Origin: Dimorphilus gyrociliatus
Lineage: Eukaryota > Animalia > Annelida
DNA: 64,000 nt
Assembly: GCA_904063045.1 (NCBI GenBank)
Contig: CAJFCJ010000004.1
Location: 2,225,713-2,289,712 of the forward strand
Reading direction: 5' to 3'
Positions 27,004 through 40,900 of this stretch are shown here, piece after piece. Position 1 is the stretch's first letter; the number at the start of each line of letters is the position of its first letter. The notes under the pieces were generated by a model. It was not told the origin of the DNA, made no database searches, and was given only the letters and a program-made list of their open reading frames with translations. The translations under genes and the position numbers were made by a program.

Positions 27004-29680
27004 CTAAATATCTGCAGATTTTACATTAGCCAAAGCCTTTTTACGAATATTCAAGACTGGATGACTATTTTGTCTTGCAACAACCTTCTTTTCCACTTTA
27101 TTTCCAATAGTCTTCAGATTTTTCTCAACATTCTTCCTGGTGTTAATCATAATCAAGTTAACAACCATAGATACGAGAGCTAATCCAAAAAACATGTACA
27201 CAGATGAAAGAATAAAATACTTTGGATGATTAGGGTAAACATCACCTAATCCTACAGTTGTCAAACTTATAAATATAAAATATATTGCATCAAAATATTC
27301 CCATTCTTCCCAAGACGTATAGATGGCAGCACCAACCACTATATACACAGCTACAAGGGATATACTAATAAGAACAGATCGTTTTCTTTCTTCGAATGAT
27401 CTTTCCGGTTTTGAAGCTGATGATCTAATAGAATCTGAATTAGAAGATAAAGAAGGATGCGACCGTTTTCTTTCGAATCTTCTTAATTCCTCAATGTTTG
27501 ATATAGAACTCTTCGGAGAATCTTTGTTTATATTACTAAAATTTTCAGTCTCATTCAAAGGTCCTTGCGAAGACTTTGTTTTGCAGCACGCACATCTTTT
27601 GTTAGTTTTACAATTAGATACTTTACTCCAAAAGCGATTTAAGCCGTCAGTACATAATTTACCAAAGTTTGCCAAAACAATAAGACATAAAGGAATGCCA
27701 AAACCGGCGTACGCCATACTAAAAACTCTGCCTGGAACTGTTTTTGGTGCTAAATATCCATAACCTAAAAGAAGATAATAAATCGATTAAACAATACATG
27801 CAATATATTTTCTATTTTATGCTAAAGAAGAAGGGCGTTTGGTTCTTTAATTATACAATATAGACAAATCTATCGAAGTGGTTATGACACTTAAATCTAA
27901 TGTAATTATTTTCTTTCCTCCTTTATTTTCTCATTCAATTCAGTCAGCGCATAGACACACACACGCTCTCTCTCTCTCTCTATCTCTCTCTCTTTCCTTC
28001 TCTTTCATCTTTCTCTTTTTTCTGCTTCTATATAAGCAAATTTATCTATATATCTATCTATATCTTTTCAACATTCTTCATTAAACTGTCTAATATCTTG
28101 ACAAACCGACAAACATCAACTTCATTAAATTCTTTATTATATATCTTTATATACTATTCTTAATAAATGAAAATAATATATTGTAAACTAATCTTATCCA
28201 AAAATTGGGCCATCTGTAAAGAAGAAAACTACATATTAGTCAATTAAGACAGTATTATATAACAAGTTAAATTTATCTTTTAATAAAAAATTCTTTAGTA
28301 AATTTAATCGATTATTTAAAAAAATCAGTAAATGAATGAATAGATGAATCACTTTGAATTAGAAATTTTGCGTAAGAAGAGACTATTTAGCCACAATTAC
28401 TTCATTGTATAAGAAACTGGAGATAATAAACGCTTAAAAAAGTAAAATATTTAAGTACAAATAACCTAATTAAAATTGAAAAGTTTCTGGAAAAAGAAAA
28501 TGACGATTACAGTTTCATATGGTACTAAATAATTTATTTTCATCTAATTATCATATATATTTATATGCATATTAGTATATGCTCATTTACGTACAGGTTA
28601 GACGTTTATTTACTGTAGAATTGAAAATCAAAAATGTTAACCTGGAACCGATAATGACAGAAAAGATCATTTTTAAAGAGACTAACTTGGTAAAAATAAA
28701 GGAGGAAGCGAAATATATATATATATATATATATACATATATTTGATTAATGAACCAATTAATTAATTAAAGCATTTAGTAAACAAACTAAGTAGCCATG
28801 AATAAAAAATAGAATAGAGAACATACTAGTTTGTTGCTACTTCTTATGTATGTATAAACTTTATAGCAATGCTTCTATATAAAAATAGACGACATTCTTA
28901 TAAATATTTTGAAACCTTCTTATTTGCTAACCTAGCTTAACTTATTAGAGCATAAACAGTAGTAATGGTATTAATAATGTAACTATAGTAATAATTGGCG
29001 TGCGTCTGTAAAACTAATTTTAACCCCTACTGACAGTAATAAATATATATATTTTATATTTCTAATCTAGGTAACAGCAGTAAAGGTTTCTTTGGGAGAG
29101 ATAAAACAGGTTATATTTAAGGTTTTATAATTCTTTTTATAAAGAATATATCAAAGTCTAACTATATATTGAAAACAAAAGAAATAGATAAATACGTATA
29201 GCTAAGCAAAACTGAAAAAAAACTGCTGTAAAACTAACCAATTGTTGTATAAACTGTACCGCAAAATAGCATTGCACCCCAAAATGTCCATGCAAATTCC
29301 TCATCTCTTTCTTCTATAGATGAAACTGCAGGCTGAATTCCAGTTTTATAAATTTTAAAGAATTTATTCAATTCAATTTCAAATTTTTTTTTCCAAGCTT
29401 CCTTTGTTGAATTATCTGATATATTTAACGCCTTCCACAATGTTTCAACCATTTTCTCCCTTGAATTTAGTACGTTTTGCCTCTCGGTTCTTTCGTATTC
29501 GCTCTCCAGTTTTTCTAGAACTGCTGCTCCGATAAAAGAATATGCTATCAAAACTATAACCCATATTATATGATCCCGAAAAAATTTCCAAATTGGGTAG
29601 TGTTTACTTGATTTATCCGGTTCCATTATTGCTACTGGAGCACGAACAATTCGAGACATTTGTCTCCTTACACTGCTCAT
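27004..29680 (-). CDS. Two-pore-domain (K2P, TWiK/TRESK-like) potassium channel, 400 aa
   Basis: Exons 29239-29680 and 27004-27764 (1203 nt). The intron splits the first selectivity filter TTIG|YG. The second pore is ISLTTVGLGD. There are four hydrophobic helices, an extracellular cap and a long M2-M3 loop. An in-frame stop lies upstream of the ATG. Confidence 0.95.
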
Positions 29681-32600
29681 TTTTAGAATTTGCTATTCGA
29701 CTGAAAAGTGCCAGAATTTGGTTGTTCTTTTCCCCATCTGGAAGATGAATGTTGTTGATGTAAAATGGCTGCCGTATGGAAAACGCTAAGAAAACAAACT
29801 GCTATAGTTCATAGGCTCTTCTGGGGCGTTGCCCACTGTGTCGTGACTATTTGGCTGATTATATTTAGTAATACATTTTCTGTTTCCTATTCAATCTTTA
29901 TGTATCTTAATAATTCTTTTTATTCGTGTACAGTTGTTAAGATATTACTTTCCTAAATTTTATTATCTCAATCTTTTTGTTTATCTATCCGTTTCTCTAT
30001 CCCTCTAACCGCCACTTTCTCTCTTTCTACGTTTAACAATTTATATAAAAAATATCATTTAAATATTGATAAAGTATTTTATGATTCATTCTTTGCTCGT
30101 AATCGGATATCTGCTCCGTATAGCAATACTTATGACACTTGGCGAATAGTAAACTCATACTATACCCGGAGTACAGAATAACAAAGATTAATGCAAGCAA
30201 TTTTAATCTTATATATTAGAAAAAGCAAATATATATATATATAAATACTATTACATCTTTGAATTTATTTATCTTCTCCTCATAAGCTATACTCTATTCA
30301 TTCATTTTTTAAACGGTCATTGTCAATATTGATAAAACCTTCTCTTTTCTTTTTACATACAAATCTTTACATTATTTAATTAAGGATTTTATATTGAACA
30401 GCCTATAATCAATGGCGGAGAAAAAAAATCAATCAATAAACTGAAACGTTAATTTTTTTATCTACTTCTCATTATTTTTTCATTCAAGTGTTATTTGTAA
30501 ATTGTAAACACTAGAATAGCTTCATAAATTTAATTTGATTGATATTCTTACTTTTAAATTACTTATCATTTAGTTATATCAATAGAGTTTTAAGTATTCA
30601 GAATGCCTAAAATACCCTTTACTTTTGGAAAAAGTGACGCCTTTTTTTTAGTATGCAACACTCAATACAGATGTCGTTAGTGGTAGATTTAAAGCAATTT
30701 ATACATAATAAAAAGATTCTCCCAGCAGTAGAATAAGTAGTTTAGCGTTCAACTAATATCATTTAATGCAAGTCTAGCATCTTTTTTTAGACGTAATATC
30801 GCTCCCATCTCTAACTTTAACCCAGCTATAAAGAGGTACACAATAATAGTTCAAGTACTGGAATGTGGAGAGTGACGAAATCTAAATAGAAAATTAAAGT
30901 CCAAGATGGCGCAACAGGTTAAAACTGCGAAAGAAAAATAGGCTATTGAACGTTTTATGCAGGGTATAAAATGTTCATTGCCGGTCAAGTGACAGGTATA
31001 GGCAATAACTTTTTAGAAGGTGGCAATCGGTCGAACAAAAATTGAACGGCCCGTTTTGACAGTAAACAGCAATTTTATATGTGGGAAAAAGTATTTTCGA
31101 ATGACCTGTGATCATTGCCTCCCTATTTATACAAAGAATTTATAAATTTGCATACGAAAGGTCGAATTCAAGTGTTAATTTGCATAGGACAAAAGCGGTA
31201 GCGATTTCAACCAGCTTTTGACGGGTATTTGTTATCCCAAAGTGTTGATTAGTTTTTCTTATTCAACACTTGACAAACGGATGTTAAAATATCTTGAATA
31301 AAAGTTGAAAAATAGGTGCTAAATAGATTCTATATAATTCATTAACTAATAAGACAGTTAACTATAACTACACCAACGTCTTCCGTAGCTAATATAAAAT
31401 AACACTGCCTTACCCAGTATATATTTTATATTGAAAAGGATAAATATTTTAAAGATGAGTTTATTCTGTCTTTTCTATTCTTCCCCACAAAAGAAGCTAT
31501 CAATTGAATTCCTATTATTATTTTTACGGCGTATGTTCAATACAGAAAAAAGGTACATATTCAATTGTGCACAGTATGTAAATTATACTTGTTACAGGGA
31601 ACTAGAAATAGTTTTCACCTTATACAACTCTATTTGAATTATATATAAATGAAAATGCCTAAACTTAATAAACGACTAGGAGGAAATTTTATTAATTATA
31701 ACAATATTTACAATTACGCATTAATAAAAGGTGAGAATATAAAAGAACAGTTGAGTTGTTTATGGTGAAAGTTTATTATTTCTAAAAATAAGAATAGTTA
31801 TTTTTTTATTAAATGATTAGAGAAAACGAAAGAAAAGAGAAAAAGGTAGAGGTGAAAGAGGGAATGAAAGAAAGAAAGAGAGCGACTGTTAGGTAGACAG
31901 TCAGACAAACAGAAAAAGAAATAAAGTTCTTTATACGGTATAAAAAAGGTTGACTATAAAGTTTTAATTAATAAATATATAAATATATAATATATATATA
32001 TACAGTATATATATTGCATATATTTGTACATGTACATTTGTTATATATTGAGTTCACACAAGTAAACTTTATTAATTTAAAAGATGCACCAGCTACTTTT
32101 TAATAAATGTACATAATTTATGCCTACTGACTGAAAGATTCTTTTTTTATTATTAACTATAATTCAAATTTATAGTGTAATAACATTGATCGAACGCACA
32201 TTAATAAATGTGTATGCATTTATACTATATAATTTGATTTAATCTTATTCTCTTTCTTATTAATATTACTATTTTATATTCTTTTTTCATTTTCTTCTTC
32301 CTTCTTCTCTCCCTCTTTTCTCTTCTCTACAAATCTCTTTAAACTCTTGTTCACTCACTCAGCCACTCACTCACTCGGTAGTTCTCTCATTCGCTCGCCC
32401 CTCACTCACTTTTCTCTCTTTCGCCCATTTCTCTTATGTTTTTATTTCGTCGAAAATTACCTACTCAACCTGATAGGATTACAAAACCAACCATGTCCTC
32501 AAACGTAATTAAGTCATGTGACATTCTAAACTATTCATAGTTGACATACACCAAGAGAACAGAAATTTTTCTTTTTTCAATAACGAATTATTTAAGGAAG

Positions 32601-33911
32601 AGCGGTGAATCGATACTAACTTTGTTTATGTATCAAATAAATAACACACTAGCCTCTTCTTTATCATCAACAAAAGCGATATACGCTGCATACGATTTAT
32701 GAACGATCTATTATAAACATATATACATATTTATATAAAATAATTAATGATAGTTTTTACTTCAGAATGAGTGCAATATTTTAAATTTTATAGGCAGAGG
32801 GAAAATGCTTCTGTTATTACCCTTTTAACTAAAACATTCTTCATATACTCAGATCTACCTTTTTTCATTCTTCTTCTTTGAGATTAGGGGAAATTTATTA
32901 AAAGTCCTCTCCTAGATAGTCACGTGACATAATATTTGCGTTTCATGACTAGAAAGCGGTAGAGAATATCTGTATTTTTTTTGATGCACGTCTTTTTTCA
33001 TCGAGAATAAAGATATACTTTTTTGTACTCATATAATTGATTAAGAGGGGGATGGGAAGGTCTTTAATGAGTGCAAATTTTGTCTCACCTCGAGGTAAAT
33101 CAAAAAATTTTATGCAGATTTCCATAGATTGACTCCAGTAAAAGCATGATCAATCTATATTTAGTTTAAAAATCTAGTTGTAATTTCGTATAAGCTCTTT
33201 TATCACCTGATATTCTATATTCATACCTTTTATCATGAAAGATTCTTCTTGAATAACTTGATAATTAGTAAATGTAATGACAGAAGATATCCTATATATC
33301 CTAATCCTTTTTCATATTCACTAATTTATAATTTCAATGAAAGCTCCGATGATAATTAGTCAAACTAAACATAGGAGAAGATCGTTTTTTAGCACAAAGC
33401 GTTATAAATTGTTGTATTTATTTCTGAGAAAGGAAAATTCTTCTCATTATCATCTAGTTATTTCATCTTGATGGAATAAGCAACCAGAGTATACAGGCAC
33501 ACGTGCATGAATAACGTCTAGTAGATAAATATTATATATATATATATATATGGATATAATAAATTATATAGAGTCTAAAACAAAGATGGTTGAACCAAAA
33601 GTCTAATTAGCTATAAAGCTAAAATCAACAAGAGAGTTGACTACTCTAGTTATAAAATGATGAAATGAATTGTTGGAAATGATGTATGATTTTTCCTGTT
33701 GAAAAAACGTATACGTTATGTTTTCTATAAAACAAAGAGACAGTGAGTAATAATTGCTGTATTTTATATATTTAATATATTGTAGTTTTTATATATTTTA
33801 AATATGAATACTTTATTTTGTAGTACACAGATTAATAGTTAATTAATAAATACTAATTTAATAATCTGTATAAATGAGTTTGTCTGCACATATATACAGT
33901 ATATTCTCTTT

Positions 33912-33949
<38 letters not shown>

Positions 33950-34926
33950 ATCTCAGATATATATGGGTATAGTATATCGCCCACGACTCATATATTATAT
34001 ATAAATATATTAGCTTCATTCTTATCTATTAAAACGGTCAATGTAAAAATTGGTTACAAAATCTCCTTACAACATATTATGTTGAAAAATGACGCATACA
34101 GCATAATCCTTAAACTCTATCTATATATATTAAGTAAAATCTAATACGACTATTCTAATAGGATAACATAATGGGAGAATTTGTTGTTTTTAGTTGAATA
34201 TATTATACTTATATTTTTCTATTTACAATTAATTGTTAATGAATGAAAATAAACTCTTGATACTTGTATTAAATAAATATTTGTTAAAAGATTTCTATTA
34301 GTAAGATACAATGGTCTATTAAAGAAAAATATCGTAGTCCTTTTCTTCGTATTTCTTCTTTCCAGTTTCTTTTCTGTCAGTATTATTATTGCAGTTGAAT
34401 GTTTCGATTAGGTCTAAATAAACTCTACGATATGTTAAATATACTAGTTATGTATATAGATATATATGCTCTATATACTACTTGTCTTCAATCTATTCCT
34501 CCATATTTTTCTATGGGAAAAGAACTAAAGAAAACTATAAAATATTAAAAAATAAGAAGAGTATAATGTTCTTCTTATACTCTTCTCTTCTGATTTACCG
34601 TAAAAAAAAGAACAAAAGAAAATAGATAGAAAAAAGAGAAAAAGAAAGAAATTAGAAATTAATAAATGCATTCTTTGTTTAGTTATATTTTTTCCGATTT
34701 ACTCGACTTCTGAGAAAAAAACGTTGAGAATAAGCAAAACAAATTATTATTAATTGTTATTATTAGTCAGTTTGTTTATCTCTTTAAAAAGGAAGAACTT
34801 TCAGTAAAAAAATTTTCAGTATAAACAAATAAATATACATTTTGTAAAATGTCCTTTTTAACAACAACAACAAAAATATAAGAAAAGTAAATGAAAATCT
34901 TTGCAGTCATTCAAGAGAGTATTGAG

Positions 34927-37900
34927 TCACACCATCATACTGTGCTGCAAACCATTATTGTCGTCAACAACGTAACTACCGGAAGTAGTACTACCATCGT
35001 CTTCTGACCGATTACAGGGAGGTACTGTAACATGGCGTAAGTCTATTCTTAAAAGCTGAGGCTTGTGGGCGGGAGATGCGTAACTAAACGTCCCTGAATC
35101 ATATCTTTTCGCGCGGCCATTGGCAATTTCTGTCGGTGATGGAAAAGGAGCTGTAGGCTCCCTTACTTTACGTTCTGTATGAATAAAAGATAATACGATG
35201 GATAAAACAACTAATAAATGGGTCAAAGTGCAAAAACAATATACATATAATAGAAAAAAGAAATTGACTGAGCTATTTGCCATAAAAATTGACTGCTACA
35301 GATATTATTTTTTGCTGAGTCTTCGTTGTTTTCAGTATTAAAAATCGTGAAACGAAAAAATGTAAGGCTAAACCTTAAAGGAGTTTAAGGTAGAAATTGA
35401 GAAAGTCGATTAAATAGTACCCCCTTATGGTTAAGCTCTGGAAAAGTGTATAAGAAGATTAGGTGTAACGGAATTTTTTGTGCTGCACTTCAAAAACGAT
35501 ATTAAGACACTCTATATGTTTTTTATTCTTAATATTTCGCTACCTTCCATTCTCTGCTTTTCCAACCTTAAGTTGATATAATTGTCCTTATTCATGTGAT
35601 AGTGCTACTAAGTGGTTAAAATATTTGTAAGTAATATCCATTTTTTATAGAATCTGGTCATTGATTATACAATAAAATTATGCGAATCTTTAACTTCCGC
35701 TTCGTTTAAAATCACAGATTAACGCAAGAGCATAACGCCTATTAGGAGGTAGTCATTAGAGCGTAAAAGAGATGACTTAAGCATGATCAATTATTCGCTC
35801 TTCCAATTTTATTACGTAATAATAATAGTAATAGATTAATGTAATAATCTACTTTTAGCAGAAGGTCAACGGGCTTTAAGATTCCCTTTCAAAGATCTTT
35901 TGGGAGTATTATTTCCATATCAATAGATAAATCTTGATTACATCTAACAAAGACTACCGTTATTCATGAAAAAAAGTTTTGTGGTCGAATCTTGATCTAA
36001 GATACAGGAAATCACTCAAAGACTTGCTTAAATTGCCAATATCAATCGTTCTTCCCTCAGAATTACTTTACTAAGAATTCTTTCTCTGTTCCTATAATAT
36101 ACCTAATATAAATCCTATAAAAATCTGTATATTATATAGAATATGTGTATAGCATATATATAAAGCGTATACTATATATCTTGTAGATATAATCCATACA
36201 ATCAAATATCAAAACTACTTAGTTTTAGTTGGTTAACTTTTATCATTTTCAACCTTTCGCTAAGTTTACATATCTTTTATAGACAAAGTTTTTTATTTAC
36301 ATTTCATTTTCCTGTTCCATTTATAAACTGGTAAGAATAAAAATCCATTTTACGCCCTCACAATCAATATTCATATTTAGATATCGTCTTTACAACAACT
36401 TATGTTCTCTCTAATGAAAAATTATGGGATTTTTATTTTTATTCTCTCCGCACTTAAACTTATATCTTTTCTATAGCAGCTGTAAGAATCTTATATATTG
36501 ATTTCGTATTTATAATATATCCAAATTCTGACCAAATTCTTAAAAAATGGCAATGTTTCTCTAGTATTTTTTGTTAAAGAGAAGTTAGAAAAAGATTGTG
36601 TTATTTACTATCTTTTTTCTTATCGGATTTATCAGTATATATACTAATGTATACATCCATAACTTACATGCTTTATATTTTACATAAAATCCTACTTTCT
36701 AGTTTAATTAACAAAGCCAACCTTTTCTTTTTCTTTCGCTACCTTCTTCGCTGGGTCCTCTACCACTGTCGCTATTTGATCCGTCACCACTATAGGCGCT
36801 ATCCGTGTCTCTTTCTTCTTTATTCTGATGGAATAAAAAGGTTGTGTACTTGCGATTATAAAGCTAAAAATATATAGTATAATTTAGATGCACTTTTACT
36901 CCATATATAGACAGATATAAGAAAGACTGGAAGATAAAGGAATTTTCTCTGGTCGGGATCTCCCAAGGCTTAATATTTAGAGTGGTGTTCAAAGAAAAAT
37001 ACATAGCAGGGAACGAAGCTACTTCTCTTTGAAATTCAAATAGAAAAGTTTCCTCAAACAATCCAATCCTCTTTTATTTTTATAATAATAGAAATTTACA
37101 TAATGTAATGAAAACTGGAAATTTGAAAGTAGTCTCTCTGCCGTTTATAAACCGGTAATAGTTTAAGAGTTAAATTAGTATCATGAACGAAAAAAAGCAC
37201 GTGATCTTTTATAGAAATTTGAATAGAAGAATCGCGTGACTTGAAAAGCGAAGCGATTTTCGTGTCACCACAATCTACTTAAAAGAGGCAAAAACGTTGG
37301 GAAAATTTTGTATTTCACGTCCGTATACTACAAACTATTTGAACGTTTTGAATGTTCATGTTTATTTACCGCGTCCGCATTTGACATTTATCGAATGCTG
37401 GTCAGATCAATCAGCTTTTTTGTTGGTATAAAAATGCTTTATAGAACTCGTTATATATTTTTAACGGCAAAAAACATCTGCGCAATTTGACGAGTTGTTG
37501 ATTGAATTACATGTTCTGCGTGACTTTTCCCATTCAAACTTTTTAAACGCCTTTTGTACTCTTTAAGTTGTTGAAAGATGATACTTAGGGGCGATTTTTT
37601 AAAATTTGAACGTAACCTTATCCCATCAACGGCTTCAATAGGACTTACGAATCATTTATATATCACGTTTCTAACACCTTAACACACCATAAAACATTCT
37701 TATTCCCTTTTTCCACCGCTCTTTAAAAGAGAGAGAAAAAAGAACACAATCAAACGTAATCAATAAAATTAGCAATCTTCATCTACAAAGTAAAAATTCT
37801 TCTTTATTTTATTATACTAATTAAATTTAATATTTACTTATTGACAGCTTTATTTCCTTATTTATTAATCAGAAAAAGGTTCACACAATTTTTTATGCTA

Positions 37901-40900
37901 ATAAAAAGAGATCCAAAGATACTTTTATAATTAATTCATTGAAGTAATATGATATCTATGAAGAATTCTCAACTATGAATAAAATAATCACATTGATTTT
38001 TAACTGTGTCACTGTTTAATTTGAAATTATGAGTTTGTTAATTGTTATTCACTTTCTTAAAGGGGAATATTTCTGTTTTTTATGTTATTTTTGCCTTTTT
38101 TTCTTCCATTTCAGTTAAGAAATTTATTGTATACAATGTAAATTTGATCTTTCTCTTAAGAATTTGGTTTGGATAAATTACTTTCTAGGATTTCTCTCTC
38201 TCTCTCTGCCTTTCTTTCTCTCGTTTTATATCTTTCCTTTGATTATCATTGTCTTTGAAAAGAATCAATTTCAAAGAGCTTGAGAAAAATAGGAAATTCC
38301 TTTAAAAATTTCATAAATCGCTATACAAGTAACAAAGTAATGGTTAAATTCTTGAAACAATTGACCATAATTAAGTACTCTTTCATTGTTTTCCTATTGA
38401 TTTAATGTTATATTTGTAGTTTTTAAGAAATACATAACAAATAGAATAAAATTTTGATTATAAATACATTAAAATTGAAGGTAATCTCCTTGTTTTTACA
38501 GCCAATTAATTGTGAGTATTCTTTTGTCTCTTTCTTTTTGTTACTTGTAAAAATAAGGTCAGGGTTAAAAATGACATTTAATTCGCAACAAGAATTTCCC
38601 CATCTTCCTCTTTCTCTGCTTGGAAACGTATCATAAAGAGAAATAATCTGATTGAGCCCCAAGATGAATAAACATCCTCTGGCCTTTTATATATTCTCTG
38701 TTAGTATTATATAATCTCGGTTGCGTAACAGTAAGAGAAGACAGCGCAATTTTTAAATATACAGTATGCATTGGTCAAGGTTTTTCGGTTTCCTTTATGT
38801 TTAACTAATTGCGTGATAAAAGATGTAAAGAACAGAATTGAAAAAGTTTTGTATTATTTTTTAATAAAAGCTTTCAGTAGGAACTTTGACCGCTTGAAAC
38901 GACTCTTTCATACGTCCTATAATAAACGAATAGCGTAAACCTTATGCGTGACCTGCTTAGGTAGACACCTATTGGGGAAGCGTCTTACAAAAGCGATTGA
39001 CCGTGAAGAGGATGATAAATAAATATGTAAATAAACTCATGGTCGATTTATCTCCTTTAGACTAACTTTTAAAGAGTAAAAAAGAACTTAGCAACACTAT
39101 AAAAAAATAATAAATATAATAAGGCGGAAAGGAATATATAATGCCCTAAAAAGGCAGAGAGATAGAGAGAAAGAGAGAGAAACGGGAATAGAAAAAAAAC
39201 GGAAAAAACACTGGCGTCCCCTACTAATTATCTCGCAAAATTAATTTAATTTATTAAGTTATTAAGAAAATAAGGTAAGAGAACATGTAGGGTATTATAA
39301 ATCTCATTAAGCGCTTAATTAAAAAGAAACGATTAAAGTGTTATTTTTATATTCTAGCATCAATTAGATCTGAAGTAGACAATAAAATGATAGTTGGCAA
39401 GTAGTTCGTCAATCAATAGCAATTTACGAACCCTACTATTATCATAATAGAAAAAAAATCATCTCTAGCCACCTCCTGTTTCTCTACACCCACTCAATAG
39501 TACCTCGTTCCCCCTTTTTTTTTCTTTGATATTGATTTAACCGGTTATCGAACCGACAAAGAAATTGTTTAAGCAAATAAATAAACTTAAAAGAAGAAAA
39601 TGAAAAGGAAAAATCCAAAGAGGCCTCACGATTTAAAATAAATAACTTAGAATATACAAATAAATAACATACGACTTACCTCATTAACGAGATGTACAGT
39701 ATAAGCAGCTGGCTGACCGGGGAGTGACCGGTGTACTTGAATTCTAGCGTTTCTACCTCCAGTCTGTAGTTGACACTTTTGATGCTGTTGTAGTAAATTT
39801 ATATGAAGAATTAAAATAAATTAAAGAAAAACGTGGCGACAAATGAATTTTCCTATGGGAAAATGCAGCCACTTTTAAATGCTGTTAAGGATTATATTTA
39901 AAGTTAAAATACCAAAATATCTATATAACTTAAGAGTAAATATAAACTATTTATAAATAAACACCTTTCTTTATATATATTATATATTTATCTCTAAAAT
40001 AACATATATACTAATATATATATATATAGGCCTGAATTTATTTTTAGACCATGCTTTCTAGCTTATTGTATACTTAAACGTCAATTAGTCAACAGAAAAG
40101 TAGGCTATAAATTTTCGATTTTTTTCCCTCCTATTTCATTAACCTTTGCTTATATACAGTAATGTTCTATATCAACTGCTTAGATAGAAATTGAAAAGAA
40201 TTACAAGACTGAAAGTTTATATTTATATATGATATGAAGACTAACTGTAGCATTCTGCAATAGCATATTTTTGCCTAAGGATCAATACGTCGTCCTCGCC
40301 TTAGGCTAAGAGTGTAATATCTTCCCCCTTCAACAACCGTATTTCGATAGAGCATAGTTATCCTAATCTAATCTATAATCTATCAAATGATATATAGACA
40401 CGGAATATGGAATAATATTTAAGTGATTTTTTGTATATCCCATTTCAAGAGCAAATAGAAAACTTAAAACTTTAACAATATTTACTAAAGAATATCAGCT
40501 TATAATTCTAGCGGCATACTTTAAAAGAGATTTTGATAATATCAATTGTTTGTTGGGCAAACAATATACCTTCTGAACCTCATTGTTCATTCAATTCCCA
40601 GGTCAAGTAAATCAAATACGGCTTCTTATTTAAGTGAAATTAATCTGCTATCTACGGGCATATTAACACGTACGATCGTGTTACGTTTCATCAATTAAGC
40701 AGATGGTCCCTTAGAAATTATTCTAAGAGGTAAAGAGACAAGTAAAAAGTACAGATGGATAGAAAATTGTACATAAAGCCTGGAAATGAGGTTATAAATT
40801 ATCAAAATTTAATTCAAGCTATTCAAAACATTTTTTCAAACTTTTCGTATCGTAAAAATTAAAGAATAGTTTTTGAATCCCTCTTCAAATTGAAAGGGTA

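Noticed and set aside
40273-40322. Resemblance to the U2 snRNA 5' end (CTCG-CCTT-GGCTAAGA-GTGTA.TATCT) and an 8-bp hairpin
   Set aside because: The match is only ~30 nt with several indels. The branch-pairing region is altered and no Sm site or 3' domain follows, so it is probably chance.
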